This document shows positions 1-11,234 of a stretch of DNA of 64,000 nt, piece by piece. Each line of letters begins with the position of its first letter. The first letter of the stretch is position 1. The position numbers and the translations under genes were made by a program. Source of the DNA: Auanema rhodensis (taxonomy: Eukaryota > Animalia > Nematoda); assembly GCA_964057225.1 (NCBI GenBank), contig OZ059896.1:10354001-10418000 (forward strand), written 5' to 3'. Under the pieces are notes generated by a model, which was not told the origin of the DNA, ran no database searches, and saw only the letters and a program-made list of their open reading frames with translations.

Positions 1-511
1 ATCTTATCACTTTGTTCTCTTGCTTGGTCGATAATGAACATTTCATTTAGTTTTTTTTCCTACTAATATGATTATAAATATTGTCTTTTACTTTAATCTG
101 CGTCCGAGTTATATTTTAACTATTGAACCGTATTGTTTCACACATTTTTTGTCAATTCTCATTTAAGATTCCAACTGATCCAAAGAAGCATTATGACAAC
201 TTCAACTACTAACGAATACATAAAAATAGTTAGTTTTTCACCACTTCCGCAAACTTTTAAAAAATTGCATAAATTATCGATAAGAGTTCATAGCTATTTT
301 AATTAACCTGAGGCATTGTTTGATTACACAGTTCCTGATACATTTTTATCTGTAAAGAACGCGACGCGTACTTGCGACCATTCATGCTGCGAAAAGCAAA
401 CTTTATTTCCTTATTTCCAGTATGCGCTAACTTTTAATGATATCTTGCGTTCTAACCATATTTCATAGTTTATACATTTTTTAGGCTAACATAAATTTGC
501 CCGAGTATTCA

Positions 512-1629
512 ATGGAGGATCGATCAACTGATAATACTCCTGATAGCCCACAGCATCAGAGTACAGAGTGAGTAGTTTTAAGAGTGTGATACTTAATTCC
601 CCTATGCATTGTCTATTTCAAATTACTCCCTTTTTTGCTATGGGGTTATGCAAATTTTATAGTCAATTCACTGAATGTATTTTATTATTTTTGCTTTCCT
701 CTGAAAAATATGATTAGGTTGGCATTTTAACTTTTTTTTTGTTCCTACTTTGCTTAATTGAAATTTTTCAGCACTAAAGGGCTTCATCTTTACTCAGTTT
801 TGGAAATTGACAAGAAAGCAACTGAAGATGATATTAAAAAAGCTTATAGAAAGTTGGCTTTGAAATACCATCCTGATAAAAATTTGGATGGAGATCCAGA
901 GAAAACTGAAAAGGTTTGTCTCTAATATTTCATATTATTTTATGTTTTTTTAACATTTTGTTTCAGTTCAAGGAAATAAATTATGCAAACGCAGTGCTAT
1001 CAAATCCCAAGAAACGAGCAGTTCGTTTATTATTTTAACGAAAATCTATATAAGACTTTTAGATATACGACGAATTGGGAGAAACAGGCTTGAAGCTAAT
1101 GGAACAATTGGGTGAAGATAATGAAACCATTTTGAATTGGATGATTAAGCCATGGTTCAAAGTATGACGGAAAACATGTGCTGATACATATATGATATTT
1201 CAGTGGACTTTCGGCATTATCGGTTGTGTAACGCTAGGATTCTTCTGTGGCTGTTGTGGTTGCATGTGTTGTTGTAAGTGTTGCTGCAATTTCTGCTGTG
1301 GAAAATATGTGCCAAAAGATCCAGATGAAGTATGGAATCACTTAAATTTTTTCTTTTCATCTATACTTTTCAGATGTATCAAGCATCAGATATGGATGAA
1401 ATGGAAAGAGGTGATAGCCCTCCCATAGTGGTTCAGCCTGATGCAAGCTCAATAAGAGGGCCAAATGGAGAAGAACCTGTTCGAGTATGTCTACATATAT
1501 AATTTTTTCTTCAACATAAAAGTCGAAATTTTGACAAAATTCTTTTAGCCAGCAGTAATAGCAATGCCTCCCCCACCTGAAGCTGGAGGATCGAATATCT
1601 ATGGGTCTATGGACGAAAATAGATCGTAA
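512..1629 (+). CDS. dnj-14: Cysteine string protein (DNAJC5 family J-domain co-chaperone), spliced
   Basis: Spliced exons give [35 protein letters not shown] (J-domain HPD) and a cysteine string [19 protein letters not shown]; ATG 512, stop TAA 1627-1629 after [11 protein letters not shown]...ENRS. Confidence 0.93.
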
Positions 1630-2136
1630 AAGTCTAACATGGATCTGTCAACTCTAATTTATATTTTTATAGCTAATTCATTAAGGCGATGAAGTTAATA
1701 TTTAAATTAGTCATTCCTTCTGTCATTATCATTTCACTTAATATTAGGTATGTGCAATGAAAGCGGCCTAACTATTATTTTCTAATTTTAAGACAAATTA
1801 TTCAGTAACTAACGTGAGTTCGGAAATGCCAAAAGTTTGAACTTTTTAACAACCAAATTTAAATTTAGTTTACCTTAAATAAAACTTAATTCTTTTGATT
1901 AATCATTTCCGAACGTCTTTTGAAATTTTTGAAGATGCCTGAGAAACTGTTATGAATGATTAGTGCAAACATTGGAAAATGAGGGAAATTGCTTTTGTTT
2001 TCAAAGTAATTAATAATTTGTCATAGTTATCAATGACAACAATCAAAGTTATTTGCTTTTTCATTATAGTATGTTTTCTTTAAAATAGTTCCGCTTTCAT
2101 TTGAAATACCTAATATTATATTTTACTAACGTGATG

Positions 2137-2199
2137 TTGGTGCAAAAATTTTATCGTGATAACTTGCTTACTGCTGGTATCACGAGAATTTATGCCCAA
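2137..2199 (+). ncRNA. Candidate pre-miRNA-like or 3'UTR hairpin
   Basis: TTGGTGCAAAAATTTTATCGTGATA pairs with TATCACGAGAATTTATGCCCAA (~21 bp with bulges, 16-nt loop); folded by hand only. Confidence 0.25.
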
Positions 2200-3182
2200 A
2201 GTTTTTGTCCATGTCATCCTCTGTACGCGTTTAGACTGAGAAACTTATTATTTTTTGTATATCAGATATAGGTGTTTTATAGTAACTTTATATCTTGTAT
2301 AATACCATTGTAGAAATTGCTCATTTTCTGTTGTCAATATCAATTTTATTCAACAAACTCGTTAAGCTTTAAGCCTAATTTGTCTTGTTTTTATCTTCAG
2401 TGTTTTTTGACTCGTCAGAAAAAAATTGACTTTTAATTGAGTAAATTTTCTCTATTTCATTAAAGGTAGCAGTTCTACGGATCAAAATGAAATACGATTA
2501 AATCAATATCCATTGATATATGCTCAAAAGGAAGCTATCTGTATAGTATGAATTACGAAATGATTTAAATTATTATGAAACTGCTGTTTTTGATCAAAAT
2601 CCAGAGTCTCGATCATTGGAAAGTGCTAGCTAACGGAACCTAATCATGCGAGTTCTTTCATAATTATCCTAATAATCAATTTGGCAACCTGATGATCCCA
2701 TGTTATTCGATACTATTTTATTGTTTGAGTCTTAATTGAGATCAACTATACGCATGTTTATAAACAAATTGCCAGTCATTATTAACATTGACAGCAATTT
2801 ATCAAGACAATATTAGTCTCATTCCGCTGTTCCTGATGAACCATGTGCATTGCATTAGAATGAATTCTTTGGATGCAGACTTTCGTTGTAAATTTCTGTT
2901 CTAGCTGTTGCTGTTGTATATTTTATTTTTAAAACAGATCCTTCCTGGAACGCATATTTCCACTCTTGCGCTGATCTGTTGGATCTGGCTGCATCTCCGT
3001 TGAACCGTTTATTCAACATGAGATGCCACATGTGCTTCGGAAATCTGACTGAAATGAACGAAATGGAAAATAATTAAACAAAAGAGATGAGGGACAGCAT
3101 AGCTACATCAACGATTCATTTCATAAGTTCATTCGGGAGATGGCGATAGTATTAAAAGATTTGGTGCTGAGCATTGAGCATA

Positions 3183-3206
3183 TATGTATGTATGTATGTA
3201 TGTATG
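3183..3206. repeat. (TATG)6 microsatellite
   Basis: Six direct TATG units. Confidence 0.9.
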
Positions 3207-3989
3207 AGTTACATTGTAAAGCGCGCATTAGTCAGCTTAATTTTTTTCCAGAATAGGTTTTTTCTGCAACGAAAATCAGATTCATTGATGTTGGCACGTG
3301 TGTTTTTCACTTTCCAATACTATTCATGCTATTGATCGGGCAAAAACTTTCAGCCAAATCAATCAGATATATTGTACACTTATTCATCAAAAAATTTGTT
3401 ATTATATAAATTCTTCTTTTGTTTCTCATTTTTGTCTAATTTTATTTTAAATATTTATTGGAAATCATCTGAATATGTTTAATTCCGCTTATTTTAATCC
3501 TTGACATTACATTATCCGACATTTATTTCTTTTCGATAAGTAATCAGCCCCATCTTTTCGTCCAAATGTTTTGTTTATATTTCTTTTATCTCGAACTTGT
3601 CAGCATCATCATCTCCGTTGCTGCACAAGATGGTGATTATTGTCTTTTACAGTCGCAATAGAAGGGGCGGGTCAAATCTATGTCACTCCGGAAGATCGCC
3701 AAAGGGGAGGAGGCTAGAACACGATGTTCAAGACAAGACAAGCCATACCAATCTGAGGTGGCAGAAGAATGACGCCAGCTGTTGCAATCATTCGTCAGCA
3801 AGAAGAATTTTCTTTTTTTTTATGTTCAGTTTCACAAATTGACAGTTAAACAAGAATGGTTAGTCAGCGTTTGTTGAATCACTCATTAGAACATTCATTT
3901 ATTCATTTTCTTTACCATTGACGTATTTTGTTATATTGCCTTATATTCAGTTGAACCAGAACTTTTAACTTCAACTGATTATCCAACCT

Positions 3990-4071
3990 ATCCACGATTT
4001 TGATTGTCTTTTTGCTCGTCTCCCTGATAGCAGACGACCAAAGACAATCGAAGCCGAGGATTCTGGTGGAT
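3990..4071. ncRNA. Candidate pre-miRNA-like hairpin
   Basis: TTTTGATTGTCTTT/AAAGACAATCGAAG (14 bp with G-U) plus TCGTCT/AGACGA, ~10-nt loop, outer ATCCAC/GTGGAT. Confidence 0.3.
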
Positions 4072-4148
4072 TGTTTTATTTAAGATAATTTTTTTGTTCT
4101 TCGTAATTCTGAATTTCTGTACATATATAAAAAATATTTTAATGGAAT

Positions 4149-5321
4149 TTATACAATATCACTTATATCTCTGAATGTAATACTTCCCAACGATCGGGTA
4201 GATCCAAGCGCATGGTTGGAATCAGATACCTGAAAATGAAAAAAATATGTTGAACGTAAAATATAAGATGTTTCTAGGTTACACAAATATAGGATGGATT
4301 ATAAAACATAAATGTTAGCTATTGAATATTTTGAATCACAAATAATAACATACTTTCGATAGAGTGGAAGAACTTCTAACGTATTTGTTGATCACATCAT
4401 GAACTGTTGCTGGATGACGAGGTCTACTGATCACAGTATGATGAACAATTTCAACAAAAAGTCCAATAATAGCATCGCGTGTCATTTGATTCTTAAAAGG
4501 AAAGTGTTTTGTTTTAACATCTCCTACATAGAACTTATAATAATATTTATTTCTTTGAAAATTGAATATAATGTTTTGATAACAAATGGAATTTCCAAGC
4601 TTTGAGAAACTATGTTAAACAAAATGTCATCAAAATATTATAAAGGAAATATCAACACCGTTCCCAACCATAACAAAACCTTTCGATTCCATTATACAAA
4701 AGACTGGATTTTAAAAAAACCTTTAATTTCTCGTGATAAGAGCTCATAATGTGTGCCCATTCAGCAGGCTTTACTCGATCGCAAGCCCGATCCAATCGTG
4801 ATCTTTCCTAGAAAATATTATATATAAATTGTGCTTTAAAAACGTGATAGATTAACTAACAGCGGCAGTTAGATTTTTTCTCGGTTTGGCTTCACATCCA
4901 GATGATATTAACCAACTATAATCCGGAATTTTCTTCTGAAGATTATCTTCTGACTTTCTGATCTCCTACAAAAAAACAAAGTTGTGTGAATATGTGGGTG
5001 TACTGTTTAAACTATGTAGAGCTTCAAGACGCGCTACTAATCTTGAAGCCATAAGGGGATCAAAAGTCTAGTTAAATTGATGCTAGATCAATTAAATGAA
5101 AAACATAACAAAAATTAGAAGTAAAAGTAAAACTGTTTCTTATTGGGCATAAAGACGAAAACAATTACCCGCTGAGTCTCATATTCAATAACATAAGCTT
5201 CAATTTGGCTTATAATCAATTCTGCCATCATAGAATCGTCTTGATCAGGCAGATCTTTTCTATCGTCATCAAATGAACTTCTACTTCGAGGCGACGTTAT
5301 TTCGCAAATCCACTTTAACAT
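4149..5321 (-). CDS. rdl-1: RD3 (retinal degeneration 3)-like guanylyl cyclase trafficking factor, 5 coding exons
   Basis: Spliced: MLKWICEI...MMAELIISQIEAYVIEYETQR|EIRKSEDNLQKKIPDYSWLISSG...NLTAA|ERSRLDRACDRVKPAEW...EKLK|NQMTRDAIIGLFVEIV...|VSDSNH...TFRDISDIV*. The DYSWL motif and the ERxxL..C segment match RD3. A 16-nt 5'UTR exon is possible at ~5483-5498. Confidence 0.8.
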
Positions 5322-5652
5322 CTGATAAAATTTTTGCTTTTGCGAATATTAACAATATAGAAAACGAAAAACGAAAATATGTATTTAATAAAATAAGCTT
5401 CAATGTGTTTCATAATTATAAAATAAGATTCTTATTTCCAATTTCCTTAAGAAGGATATTATACTCCGTCATGATCGCGTACCTCAGGAAGTGGTGTTCT
5501 GAATTTAATTCAACAAAAAAAACATGAACAAGATTTAAAATGAAATGAAAATTTCCGAAAAATGTAGAATAATGAAAAAAATAATAAAAATCTGACGCCT
5601 CATGAAAGAAATATAAGTCTCCACAATAAATAGATAAGGGGGGGGGGCGTAG

Positions 5653-5668
5653 CCGTTGCTATGGAGCT
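5653..5668 (-). promoter_or_regulatory. X-box-like (RFX/DAF-19) element upstream of rdl-1
   Basis: Minus strand AGCTCC-AT-AGCAAC: right half fits RRNAAC exactly, left half is degenerate; ~335 bp upstream of the ATG. Confidence 0.35.
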
Positions 5669-6172
5669 ATCTCATCAATAGATAGGCTAAAATCTTTATT
5701 ACAACCACATGAATGCGGATGATATTCCTCATTAACAATCAAAACAAAATTACTGAGTTTCATGATCCATATATGAGAGCTTGTAAATACGAGGTTTAAT
5801 CCAGAAAACAACAGAAAACAAAGCTTGAGTAATCAGAGCCTTTATTCCAAGTGACAAGGATATAGTTATTGCAGTAATTTTAAATTTTTTCCAAAAGTTA
5901 ACCTTTCAGCTTTGGTAGTTCACTTTATATGAAATTATAAGGTATACTCATCTCATAAAATAACTTGAGATCGCAAATTAGCACAAAAACATTTTCCAGA
6001 CAATCAAAAGCCATATTGAAAATTACTACATAATGCCGATGTTTCACATTTTAAACAACATTTTCTTAGCTGGATCTCTTTCTACACCTTCCTTCTCAAC
6101 GAACTGTGCCTTCCTCCTTCAAAACGTGTTTCTGTATCCAACCGAAAACATGGCTTCTCAACAGTATCACTA

Positions 6173-6619
6173 ATGTTTCCGTTGCTATTCCTGTTTGGTT
6201 TTTCGTTATTTTCTGTGCTATCACAAAATCCTCAAGATTGTATCCCTTATTCTACATCTGAGCAAGAATGGACTAATATTTTTCGCCACCAGGCTTATTC
6301 ATACTATTTAAAAGCCATAGAACGTCGTAATTTTAATTACGCTGTTTACAAGGATAAGTTGGGGAGAACGACGGTAAGATGTCATTCTTTTGTAAAAATA
6401 TATCACTGTATTTAGCCTTTGCCAACATTATCTGTACTATTTTTTGAGAAAGACAGACTGATCAACCCAAAAAATAATTACGTTAGCTTAAGTGAAGTTC
6501 TTGGAAAACCGAGAACTGTGGATGATGATATTGGTATGCCACTTAACCAACCCATAAACAATCACAAAGTATCGTTTCACAGATATTATCCATACTACAA
6601 TCCTTATTATCCTGTTTGA
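6173..6619 (+). CDS. Small secreted protein of unknown family
   Basis: Signal-peptide-like MFPLLFLFGFSLFSVLS-QNP; phase-0 intron 6374-6415 (GTAAGA...TTTAG) joins ORF 6173 to ORF 6416-6619. The 3' end is uncertain (possible second intron 6534-6582). Confidence 0.6.
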
Positions 6620-7000
6620 TATTAATTCACGTTTAAAAAAGTTGTGACAATAATTTCAAATATTTTTAATAAAGTCTTCGATTATACACAGCAATATTCT
6701 TAAAAAAAACTAAACGTTTTACTGTAAATACTCTTATAACGATGAACTGCGCTAAGACTCAAATTTAAAGGGCGGACATATATCGCCCCACCACGAATTT
6801 CAATGCTACCGTAACGCGCAGTCTTTCACAGCTGAACTGGTGTAAACGCATTTTGGGTATTCTAGATTTCTGCAATGATGTCTGATTTATTTAGTTGATT
6901 TCAGTGTTCTTTGTCTTTTCTTCTGTTTAGCTTTTCGTGCTTCTCCCTGCTTGTGGTGGTATCATCGTCTATTGATTGTAGCTAATTTCAGGTATAAAAT

Positions 7001-8182
7001 ATGGCCGATAGAGGCGGATTCCGTGGAGGTTTTGGTGGTGAACGTGGACGTGGAGGACGTGGAGCCGGTGGAGACCGTGGTGGTCGTGGACGCGGTGGAC
7101 GTGGTGGACGTGGTGGACGCGGTGGAAAGTAAGTAACTTTTATATTATTTTTTGTTTGTGGCGGATAGGAACCACTTCGCTCTTAGCAAAAGTGGGTTGA
7201 CATATCGCCAAAACTATGGTCAGGGTATAAAGGTCGCATACTAAGCTTTCATGTTTATGGTGCATTACCAATACTTTTTACATTTAAGGGCCGGTCGTGG
7301 TGGTGAGAAGGAAAACGAATGGGTTCCAGTTACCAAGCTCGGAAGACTTGTTAAGGAGAGAAAGATCACCACTCTTGAAGAGATCTATCTTAACTCCCTC
7401 CCAATCAAGGTAAATCATAATTTTTTTTTTATACTTTGTGACGGTATAGGAACCACTTTGCTCTTAGCAAAGGTGGGATGATATATCGCCGACAGCATTT
7501 AAAAGTATCAAGGTCGCATAATAGACATTGTGTTTAAAGTGCATTACCAATATTTGTAACAATTATTTTTTTCAGGAGTTCGAGATCATAGACTTGATCT
7601 GCTCCAATCTTAAGGATGAAGTTCTTAAGATCACCCCTGTCCAGAAGCAAACCACGTAAGCTAAAGTTTAAACGGTTACAATATTTAACTTGACTTTACA
7701 GTGCTGGTCAAAGAACTCGCTTCAAGGCTTTCGTCGCCATCGGAGATCACAACGGACACGTTGGTCTTGGAGTCAAGTGCTCTAAGGAAGTAGCCACTGC
7801 CATCCGCGGAGCTATTGTTGCTGCCAAGCTCGCTGTCATCCCAGTCAGAAGAGGATACTGGGGTAACAAGATCGGACAACCACATACCGTTCCTTGCAAG
7901 GTTACCGGAAAATGTGCCTCTGTTATGGTCCGTCTTGTCCCTGCTCCTCGCGGAACTGGATTGGTTGCTGCCCCAGTCCCCAAGAAGCTTCTTACCATGG
8001 CTGGTATTCTTGACTGCTACACTGCTGCCAGTGGACAAACCGCCACTCTTGGAAACTTCGCTAAGGCCACCTATGCTGCTCTCCAGCGTACCTATTCGTA
8101 CTTGACCCCAGATCTCTGGAAGGAGGAAGAGCTCGAGAAGACACCATACCAGAGATACCACGACTTCCTTGCTCGTGCTTAA
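7001..8182 (+). CDS. rps-2: 40S ribosomal protein S2 (uS5), 4 coding exons
   Basis: [16 protein letters not shown]-rich N-terminus, [59 protein letters not shown]; strong codon bias. Confidence 0.98.
7158..7285 (+). ncRNA. Box H/ACA snoRNA, copy 1 (rps-2 intron 1)
   Basis: Two hairpins separated by H box AAACTA, ACA at 7280-7282 followed by 3 nt; paralogous to the intron 2 copy; hairpin-1 pocket GATAGGAA/GTTGACAT. Confidence 0.8.
7438..7564 (+). ncRNA. Box H/ACA snoRNA, copy 2 (rps-2 intron 2)
   Basis: Same architecture, H box ACAGCA, ACA at 7559-7561; shares ATAGGAACCACTT, GCTCTTAGCAAA, AAGGTCGCATA and GTGCATTACCAATA with copy 1. Confidence 0.8.
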
Positions 8183-8668
8183 TTGTTTTCAATGTTGCTG
8201 TTGGTAATGCAATGAACATTGTTGTTTATAGTAATTTATACTTTGTTGCTTTTTTTCTATTTTGAAGGATTGTACATAAGATGGGTAGACATAAACCTAC
8301 CTTTTTGTTCCAAGATATCACAAAACAACATAACAAAAGAAATGACAAAGGCTAAAATGGCAATATTAATATTTCAAAATTAAAAGAGGGTAATGATATC
8401 CTTGGGTCTGAGGTCACGGTAAATGATGTTGGAGAATGAACTGTGCATCGTTGGTTTGTAAAGATGGATGGCGTGTGTATTTGAATATTGTAGGCCAGAA
8501 AGCGCGCCCTAATGCTAACATATGCAGCGGCAAGAATAAATTTTGAAATGGACGCTCTTTTAGCTCAGAAGTGTTGTGTTTACTGTGTCATTAATGTTAT
8601 GTTTTCATAATATTTTTCTATCACATATGTCTATTAGATGTTTTGAGATTGTAAGTTGTTTATAGATA

Positions 8669-11234
8669 ATGGCTAAAGCTAAGGATCAATTTCGAATAGT
8701 ATCTGATAATTCTCGTCAAGTTTTTTTTGTTTTCCAACAGATCTTACACGAAAAGAATAAGAGAATTGAGAATCACTATGCTGGTGAGTTACTTTCTTTT
8801 GTTAGTTATTGAATCAAAACAAATTTATATTTCAAGAAATGATTAATGCTGTTAAAAGTATGGATCAATTAAGAGAGAAATGGGAAATTGAAACAGATGA
8901 AGCAAACAAGTATCGTAAGCTAAATGAATCATTGTACAAGGAATTAATGTACATTAATATTTCTATGTATATTTATTTAAGAATACATTTAGGGCTAAAG
9001 ACATAAAGTTAAAAACTGTACAGGCCGAGTTAATGGATGCCAGGACTCAGATAAGAAGTCAACTTGCTCAAAACAGTGCTCTGAAAGCTGATTTAGAAGA
9101 ATATGAAAAACGCTTTGTTTTGGTCAAGGAACTGTTAAAGGTACATAACCAATATATTGTCAATCAAGTTTTTTTATTCAGAATGCTATTGATATACCAT
9201 CCGTTCACATGAAAGAATTGGCATTTCTAAAAGAGCCCGGATTAGTTCGTACTCATTCTACTAGATTAGCTAAACAATGCAAGGTGGAAGTTGAAGTAGT
9301 TCACTTATTTAAGGTTTTATAATTTTGTAATTATCTTGTTCAGATGGAAGATGACACTACTAGTGATAATCTCGACTATGATCAGACTGGTGACAGCATG
9401 GATTTAGATGATGATAATGAAAATTCTTACCAGTACGTTACACGTCTTCCCTAATTTTTATCAATGTGCATTGTAGTTGTCGCCGTTCTTCTGGCCTGAG
9501 AGGAAAAAGATCTAGTGTCGCTCTTGCCAATAAGCGGAATCGTAGTCGCATAATAGCAAGTCCTATTGATGAGGAAGAAATGGTAAATGCAGAATAGAAT
9601 TTATTTAGTAACACTGTATTGATAGGAAGAAGCGCCAAGGAAACGGTCTAAAGACTTAGATCTTGAAGCTGTAATTGCTAGATCTGATTTCGAATCATCA
9701 AGACCAAGTCGTAGTACTAAAGTCACAATTCGAAGAAGTCTCAATCGAAGTATGTCGGAGGGTAGAATACTAGAAGATATCGTAGGTTATGATAAAACTA
9801 TTTGCCTAATTGTTTGTTCTCAGGAAAGCAGAAGGCATACTGCTCTTAAAGGGCTACAGAGCACACCACACGCTACCAGTACTATTGACTTGTATGTGTT
9901 CTATTTTAACATGAATAAATTTCCTATTTAGAAGAAAACAAACTCCTGGTTCAGCTCAATCATGGGCAAGAGCAGGACCTCTTGAACGACGGGAGCACAC
10001 ATTCGAAAAATTATCGAGCTACTTTAAGGTTGCTAAGTTGCTTCAAATCAAATTAAATTAATTTCATTTTGATATAGATGACAAATTGTGATGTATGTCA
10101 CGGAGGTATAAACTTTGCTGCTAAACCTGCCATGAAGTGTAGAGATTGTCATCAACATGTTCATGTTACATGTGGAAGGTTTGTACTTTTTAATTGTATA
10201 TTTTAGGATTTTTTTTAGAAAGCTAGCCCTGCCTTGTGTACCTCGTTCTGCCACTCCTGTAAAAACGCCCAGCAAATCAAGAGGCCAAACTACCACATTC
10301 AGATTAAAGGTATAGAAGAAATAGTTGTTTTCTTTTTCAAAATAAAATATTCAGGATTTCTGTCCCTCTAGTGCCCCTATGATTGCTTATCCAATTATTC
10401 ATTGCGTTGTGGCTTTGGAGAATCGGGGTTTACATCATGAAGGAATTTATCGTGTACCGGGAAAAAAATCTCAGGTTACGGCGGTTTTAAATGAATTGAG
10501 AACTTCGCGTGCTATCCCGAAACTTGAACTTCAAGATATCGAAGTAATTCCTGACTGTATCAAACAATTTTTGATGGAGTTAAGAGTAAGCTCCCTCTTT
10601 TTTTAGTTTCTAGACACCAAATACAATGTTTAGGATCCTCTTATCCCTAAGTCATCAAGGGAAGAATTTGTACGTGCTGCACTTGGTGGTAATCTCAAAG
10701 CTTTGAACACAGCTATATTCGATCTACCGCAACCAAATCGAGACACACTAGCTTATCTTATATTGCATTGGCAAAAAGTACAAAAACATTTATTATGTAT
10801 GGTGATAATATATTTTTCTTAGGTCATTGGACATTGTCAACAAAATAAAATGCCTAAGGAAAATGTAGCTAGATGTGTCGCTCTCAGTGTAATGGGAAGA
10901 TCCTCTTATGCTCGTGGAGATTTGGGGAGTGCTTCACGGGAAACTGGTGAACTTGAAAAAGTTCTTTTGGAGCTTCTAGGCTTGTCAGCGGTAATTTTTT
11001 GGTTAAAAACAGAAATAATTAAATTAATCATAGGAATATTGGCAACGATTTATCAACCACGATTCTTCTTCAAATGTACTCTCCTCCGTTATCAGTCTGA
11101 GCGAATCGAGGGATTCTCCTTCACCTGTGGACAGGAGCATGCTAGGCCCTATTAAAGGGTCACCACAAGCAACACCATATTTGATTCGAACTCGACGTCA
11201 AAAGGAGAGACTATTTGATGCTCCTAATTACTGA
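8669..11234 (+). CDS. cyk-4: Centralspindlin RhoGAP (MgcRacGAP/RACGAP1)
   Basis: N-terminal coiled coil, C1 domain (HTF...CDVC...[13 protein letters not shown]...LPCVP), Rho[26 protein letters not shown] with arginine finger, [20 protein letters not shown]-terminal MLGPIKGSP; stop TGA 11232-11234. Confidence 0.92.

Noticed and set aside
2629-2660. Minus-strand ...RMIRFR* resembling an FMRFamide-like peptide end
   Set aside because: No amidation Gly, dibasic flanks, signal peptide or supporting exon chain.
6951-8161. ORFs 6951-7136, 7685-8161, 7747-7998 and 7815-8105
   Set aside because: Alternative-frame or antisense shadows of the codon-biased rps-2 exons.
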